64,000 nt of DNA. Source: Candidatus Eiseniibacteriota bacterium (GTDB lineage: Bacteria > Eisenbacteria > RBG-16-71-46). Shown here one piece after another: positions 59,679 through 64,000 of this stretch. Numbering within the stretch: the first letter of the stretch is position 1; each line of letters begins with the position of its first letter. Made by a program: the position numbers and the translations under genes. Below the pieces are notes generated by a model, which saw nothing but the letters and a program-made list of their open reading frames with translations, was not told the origin of the DNA and did not search any database. Location of the stretch: the NCBI GenBank assembly GCA_963717935.1, contig CAVQXP010000004.1, positions 224,001-288,000 on the forward strand, given 5' to 3'.

Positions 59679-59765
59679 TCTCCCCGCGGCCCCGGCGCGC
59701 CGTGGGCCCCACCGGGCACCCTCCACCACTCCCCCACCCCGGCGCGCGGTGCTACCCTGCGCCGC

Positions 59766-61241
59766 ATGGACTGGACTCCCGGCACCCTCGCCGAGCTGCG
59801 CGCCCTGCTGGGTGACGACGGCGTGCTCGACAGCGAGGCCGCGCGCCTGACCTACGACACGGATGCGCTCACGCTCGAGCACGGCATGCCCGACGTCGTG
59901 GTGCTGCCCCGCTCGACCGACGAGGTCGCCGCACTGGTGCGCTGGGCGCACTCGCACGACGTGCCGGTGACACCGCGCGGCGCGGGCACCGGGCTCGCCG
60001 GCGGCGCCACGCCGCACCACGGCGGCATGCTGCTCGTGTCGAGCCGCATGGACCAGGTGCTCTCGCTCGATCCCGGGCGGATGTTCGCCTGGGTCCAGCC
60101 GGGGCTCGTGAACGCGCGGCTCTCCGAACTCGCCGAGCCTCACGGACTGCACTTCGCGCCCGACCCATCCTCGCAGCCCGTGAGCACGATCGGGGGCAAC
60201 GTCGCCGCCAACGCCGGCGGCCCGCACTGCCTCAAGCACGGCGTCACCGCCAACCACGTGCTCGGCCTGGTCGCCGTGCTGTACGACGGCCGCATCGTGA
60301 CGCTGGGCGGCGAGGCGCCGGATGCGCCGGGCGCGGATCTCGCCTCCGTGATGGCCGGCAGCGAGGGCACGCTCGGCATCCTCTGCGAGATCTGCGTGCG
60401 GCTGGTGCCGCGGCCCGAGGCCGTGCACACCCTGAGTCTCGACTTCGCCGTGATCGAGGACGCCTGCCGCGCGGTCTCCGCGGTGATCGCCGCCGGCATC
60501 GTGCCCGCCGCGATGGAGTTGATGGACCGCCAGACCATGGAGGTGGTCGAGGCCTGGCTCCACCTCGGGCTGCCGCTGGACGCCGCCGCGATGCTCATCG
60601 TCGAGGTGGACGGGCCGGCCGTGAGCCTGCCGGCCCAGGTCGGGCGCATCACGGCCATCGCCCGGGAGCACGGCGCGCGCTCCGTCCGCGCGGCGAGCGA
60701 CGCGGCGGAACGCGCGGCGCTGTGGCGCGGGCGCAAGTCGTCGTTCGGGGCCTACGGGCGCACCGGGCGAGCCTTCTACCTCATGGACGGCACGGTCCCG
60801 CGCTCGCGTCTGGCCGAGGCCGTCACCGCCGTGTACGCGCTGGCGGGCGCACGCGGCCTGGCCGCCGGCACCCTCCTGCACGCGGGCGACGGCAATCTGC
60901 ACCCGCACATCCTCTTCGACACCGACGACCGGACGCAGCGGCAGGCCGCGCTCGAGGTCTCGCAGGAGATCCTGCGCGCCTGCATCCGGCTGGGCGGCAC
61001 CATCTCGGGCGAGCATGGCATCGGCCTGGAGAAGATCCCGATGATGAGCGAGGCCTACGCGCCCGTCGACCTCCGGACGATGAGCCGGCTGCGGCGGGCC
61101 TTCGACCCCGACGGCCTCCTGAACCCGGGCAAGGTCCTGCCGGGAGGCGAGGGCGGCGGTGGGACGCGGGCGCACGTCCGCGCACCGGCGCGACCCGCGG
61201 GCGTCGACGCCAGGAACGATCAGGAGGGACCGTGGAAGTGA
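59766..61241 (+). CDS. glcD: FAD-linked oxidase, glycolate/D-lactate dehydrogenase subunit GlcD-like
   Basis: PRGAGTGLAGG, PDPSS, TIGGNVAANAGG, GSEGTLG, HAGDGNLH, GEHGIG, LNPGK. Confidence 0.85.
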   Translation: MDWTPGTLAELRALLGDDGVLDSEAARLTYDTDALTLEHGMPDVVVLPRSTDEVAALVRWAHSHDVPVTPRGAGTGLAGGATPHHGGMLLVSSRMDQVLSLDPGRMFAWVQPGLVNARLSELAEPHGLHFAPDPSSQPVSTIGGNVAANAGGPHCLKHGVTANHVLGLVAVLYDGRIVTLGGEAPDAPGADLASVMAGSEGTLGILCEICVRLVPRPEAVHTLSLDFAVIEDACRAVSAVIAAGIVPAAMELMDRQTMEVVEAWLHLGLPLDAAAMLIVEVDGPAVSLPAQVGRITAIAREHGARSVRAASDAAERAALWRGRKSSFGAYGRTGRAFYLMDGTVPRSRLAEAVTAVYALAGARGLAAGTLLHAGDGNLHPHILFDTDDRTQRQAALEVSQEILRACIRLGGTISGEHGIGLEKIPMMSEAYAPVDLRTMSRLRRAFDPDGLLNPGKVLPGGEGGGGTRAHVRAPARPAGVDARNDQEGPWK

Positions 61242-62443
61242 GACCGCCGCACACCGCAGCGCGCGCAAGCGAGATCACCCCTGCACCGGCCCCCCACGTG
61301 GCGTGGCCGCTCGCCGTCGTGCTCAGCATCGCGCTCGGCGTCGTCTTCCGGTTCACCGCATGGCGCAGCATGTACGTGTGGGGCCCGGCGGCCGGCGTGG
61401 CGATCCTGCTCTACCTGGGGCTCGCCCGCGGACGGCTTCGGACGGCCGCGACGCACGAGGGAGAGACCGCATCGCCCGAGCCCACGCAGGTCGCGTGGGC
61501 CGTGCTCGTGATCGCCGCCTTCGCCACGAACGCGCTCACGTTCGCGCCGGAGCACCTCGGCCAACTCGCGCAGCTCAGCGCGATCCACCTGCCAGCGCTC
61601 ACCTGGCTCGTCATGGGCGTGGCCGTACTCGGACGCGTGGAGGACCCGCTCGAGCGCTTCGCCGCGGTGGTCAAGTCCATCGAGGTGCTGGTGACGGCCG
61701 CGATCTACGCCGGCGTGGTGGTCATCTTCTCCGGCGTGACGGCCGGCCTGCTGACGGCGCTGCAGGTGGAGATCCCTCCGCCGGCCCGCCAGGCCACCCT
61801 GGCCTTCCTCCTCGGACTCGTCCCCGTCCTCGCGGTGGCGAGTGTCTACGAGCCCGGGCTGCGGCCCTCGGCCCAGCGCTTCGGCGCGGGCGTGACGCGG
61901 GTCTTCTTCATCGCGGCGCGGCTCTTCCTCCCGCTCACGCTCCTCGTGCTGCTGCTCGTGGCGGCCATCCTCCCGGCGCGCTTCGGGGTGCTCGCGGAGA
62001 ACCGGGGGACGCTCCTGATCTTCAACGCGATGCTCTTCGCCGTGATGCTCCTGATCGTGGGCGCCACGCCGCTGCGGGTCGCTGACCTCGCGCCACGCCC
62101 CGGGGCCTGGCTGCGGCGCGGCATCGCCGCCGTCGCGCTCGTCGCCGCCGTGGTCAGCGCCTACGCCCTCGCCGCCGTCCTCTCGCGGACGGCCCACGGC
62201 GGGCTCACGCCCAACCGCCTCACGGTGATCGGCTGGAACGTGGTGAACCTCGTCGCCCTGCTCCTGCTCCTGCTGCGCCAGTTGCGCGCCGGCCGCGAAG
62301 GCTGGGTGCGCGCGCTGCACGCCGCATTCGGTGACGCACTCGCGCTCTACGCGCTCTGGACGGCGTTCGTGCTCGTCGCCCTGCCGCACCTCGCGCGGAT
62401 CGCCCGCTGGCCCGTGTCCGCGGGACGCGGACTCGTGGACTGA
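61238..62443 (+). CDS. Multi-pass membrane protein (DUF4153-like)
   Basis: About 11 TM segments; RGTLLIFNAML, GLTPNRLTVIGWN; GTGA overlap with the glcD stop. Confidence 0.7.
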   Translation: MRPPHTAARASEITPAPAPHVAWPLAVVLSIALGVVFRFTAWRSMYVWGPAAGVAILLYLGLARGRLRTAATHEGETASPEPTQVAWAVLVIAAFATNALTFAPEHLGQLAQLSAIHLPALTWLVMGVAVLGRVEDPLERFAAVVKSIEVLVTAAIYAGVVVIFSGVTAGLLTALQVEIPPPARQATLAFLLGLVPVLAVASVYEPGLRPSAQRFGAGVTRVFFIAARLFLPLTLLVLLLVAAILPARFGVLAENRGTLLIFNAMLFAVMLLIVGATPLRVADLAPRPGAWLRRGIAAVALVAAVVSAYALAAVLSRTAHGGLTPNRLTVIGWNVVNLVALLLLLLRQLRAGREGWVRALHAAFGDALALYALWTAFVLVALPHLARIARWPVSAGRGLVD

Positions 62444-62450
62444 CGGCCGC

Positions 62451-63692
62451 ATGAACGCGCCCTCCGCCCCGCTCGAGCCCGCCCGCTACGCCATCGCGGG
62501 CGTCGAGCCCCTGTCGGTGTCGCGGCCGGCCTCGGGAGAAGAGACGGCCGAGGTCCTGCGCGCCGCCGCGCGCGACGGGCTCACCGCCGTGCCCTGGGGC
62601 GGCGGCGTCTCGCTCGCCCGCGAGCGCGCGCCACGGCGCTACGACCTGGCGCTCGACCTCACGGCGCTCGACCGCGTGGTCGAGTACCAGCCCGAGGACA
62701 TGACCCTCACCGCCGGGTGCGGCGTGACTCTCGCGACGCTGCGCGCCGCGCTCGCCGCGCGCGGGCAGGAGTTGCCACTCGAGGGCGCGCGACCCGACCG
62801 CGCGACGCTGGGCGGGCTGCTGGCCGCCAACGCCTCGGGACCGCGCCGGCTGCGTTTCGGCGCGCCGCGCGACCGCATCCTGGGCGCTCGCTTCGTCCTG
62901 GCGGACGGCACGCTCGCCCGCAGCGGCGGGCGCGTGGTGAAGAACGTCGCTGGCTACGCCCTCCACCGGCTGCTGTGCGGCTCTCGCGGCGGGCTCGCCG
63001 TGCTGCTCGAGGCCAGCCTCAAGCTCGCGCCGGCCCCGGCGCGGCGCGTGGCGCTGGTCTTCGGCGTCGGCGCCCGCGCGCTGGGCGACGAGGCACGCTG
63101 GGCGGTGCTGCCGCGGCTCGAGCCGGCGCTGCTCACGGTCGTCGGCCAGGCGCTCGCCGGCGCGTTGCCCGTCGCCTCGCCCACCGACCCCTTCACCGTG
63201 ATCGTGGGCTTCGAGGACGACGAGGCCTTCGTGGACCAGCAGGTCGCGGCCGTCGTGCACCTGCTGGGCGAGCCCGACGCGCGGCTCGAGGACGACTCGG
63301 CGGCCGGCCTGTGGCAGGCGCTCGCCGACCTCGAGGACCGCGACGGCGCGCGGCTCACCTTCACGGGCGCCGCGAACACGCCCGCGGCGCTCGCGCCCCT
63401 GCTCGAGCGCCCCGAGGTCGCGGCCGGCACGCTGTTCCACGCCGCGGCGGGCCGCCTGCATGTCTTCCCCGGGCGGACGCCGGCGCGGGAGGTCGTGAAG
63501 TCGCTCGACCCCGCCGGCTTCACGCTCCTCGAGACCGTCGCGGGCGGCGGCGACCCCTCGGGCGTCGCCGCGCTCGAGCCGCTCATCGCCCCGCAGGCCG
63601 CGGTGCTCGATCTGCGCGCGCGCATCCGCGGAGCGCTCGACCCGGCGGGCGTGATGGCATACGGAGCGCGCTGGGAGCAGGATGGTCCATGA
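62451..63692 (+). CDS. glcE: FAD-binding subunit GlcE-like
   Basis: EYQPEDMT, ATLGG..AANASGPRR, RDRILG, GGRVVKNVAGY, GSRG, LDPAG. Confidence 0.8.
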   Translation: MNAPSAPLEPARYAIAGVEPLSVSRPASGEETAEVLRAAARDGLTAVPWGGGVSLARERAPRRYDLALDLTALDRVVEYQPEDMTLTAGCGVTLATLRAALAARGQELPLEGARPDRATLGGLLAANASGPRRLRFGAPRDRILGARFVLADGTLARSGGRVVKNVAGYALHRLLCGSRGGLAVLLEASLKLAPAPARRVALVFGVGARALGDEARWAVLPRLEPALLTVVGQALAGALPVASPTDPFTVIVGFEDDEAFVDQQVAAVVHLLGEPDARLEDDSAAGLWQALADLEDRDGARLTFTGAANTPAALAPLLERPEVAAGTLFHAAAGRLHVFPGRTPAREVVKSLDPAGFTLLETVAGGGDPSGVAALEPLIAPQAAVLDLRARIRGALDPAGVMAYGARWEQDGP

Positions 63693-63771
63693 GCCGGCAG
63701 CGCCTCCCGCTGCCGTTCCCCGCCCGTGACGGCCGACTTCCTCGTCTTCACCGATCCGGAGCACCGCCGAC

Positions 63772-64000
63772 ATGCCGCACCTGACCCTGGAGTACTCGAA
63801 CAACCTGCCCGCGCCCGTGGACTTCGGCGCGCTCTTCGCGCGCCTGCACGCCACGCTCGCGGAGACCGGCCCCTTCCCGCTCGCGCAGATCAAGAGCCGC
63901 GCCGTCCCGCTCGACGTCTTCCGCGTCGGCGCCGGGGCGCCGGAGAGCGTCTTCGTCCACCTGACCGTGGCCATCCTGACCGGGCGCGACGACGAGCAGC
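63772..64000 (+). CDS. 5-carboxymethyl-2-hydroxymuconate isomerase-like tautomerase (5' part; runs off the window)
   Basis: Not in the ORF track. MPHLTLEYSNNL (catalytic Pro1), IKSRA, FVHLTVAIL.GR. Confidence 0.85.
   Translation, partial: MPHLTLEYSNNLPAPVDFGALFARLHATLAETGPFPLAQIKSRAVPLDVFRVGAGAPESVFVHLTVAILTGRDDEQ

Overview
A very GC-rich bacterial window with a gene content typical of an anaerobe or facultative anaerobe. It holds about 53 CDS, mostly on the minus strand; I saw no rRNA, tRNA, CRISPR array, transposase or integrase. One secreted protein ends in TTWGKLKSLYR, which suggests (inference) a Ca. Eisenbacteria/Krumholzibacteriota/Latescibacterota-type organism. Main blocks: (1) a likely sigma54-driven etfB-etfA-membrane FeS/CCG oxidoreductase-HdrC-like operon; (2) a divergent transketolase-like gene and bfr; (3) a five-gene operon of beta-decarboxylating dehydrogenase, HMG-CoA-lyase-like enzyme, class III CoA-transferase and LeuC/LeuD-like hydratase, which looks like a 2-oxoacid elongation module whose synthase is replaced by a reversible lyase plus CoA-transferase; (4) a 13.5-22 kb stretch of unrelated co-oriented genes with degenerate attC-like sites; (5) a peptide/amino-acid scavenging locus (AbgT, secreted MEMO1-like protein, M13 peptidase, two APC permeases); (6) an MBOAT/SGNH pair and a 1.1 kb segment bounded by a 55-bp direct repeat; (7) a nine-gene operon of GNAT, Cys-less thiolase, DUF35, Mo-hydroxylase, YahF/FdrA, YahG, cyclase and YahE/DUF2877, the best candidate for an undescribed catabolic pathway; (8) EamA, panD, pepT, a palindromic tandem repeat, a TPAT/TRAP transporter, a glcD-membrane protein-glcE unit and the start of a CHMI gene. 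Ten single-base indels break five otherwise intact genes and are probably sequencing errors. All family calls come from motif recognition by eye, not from database searches.
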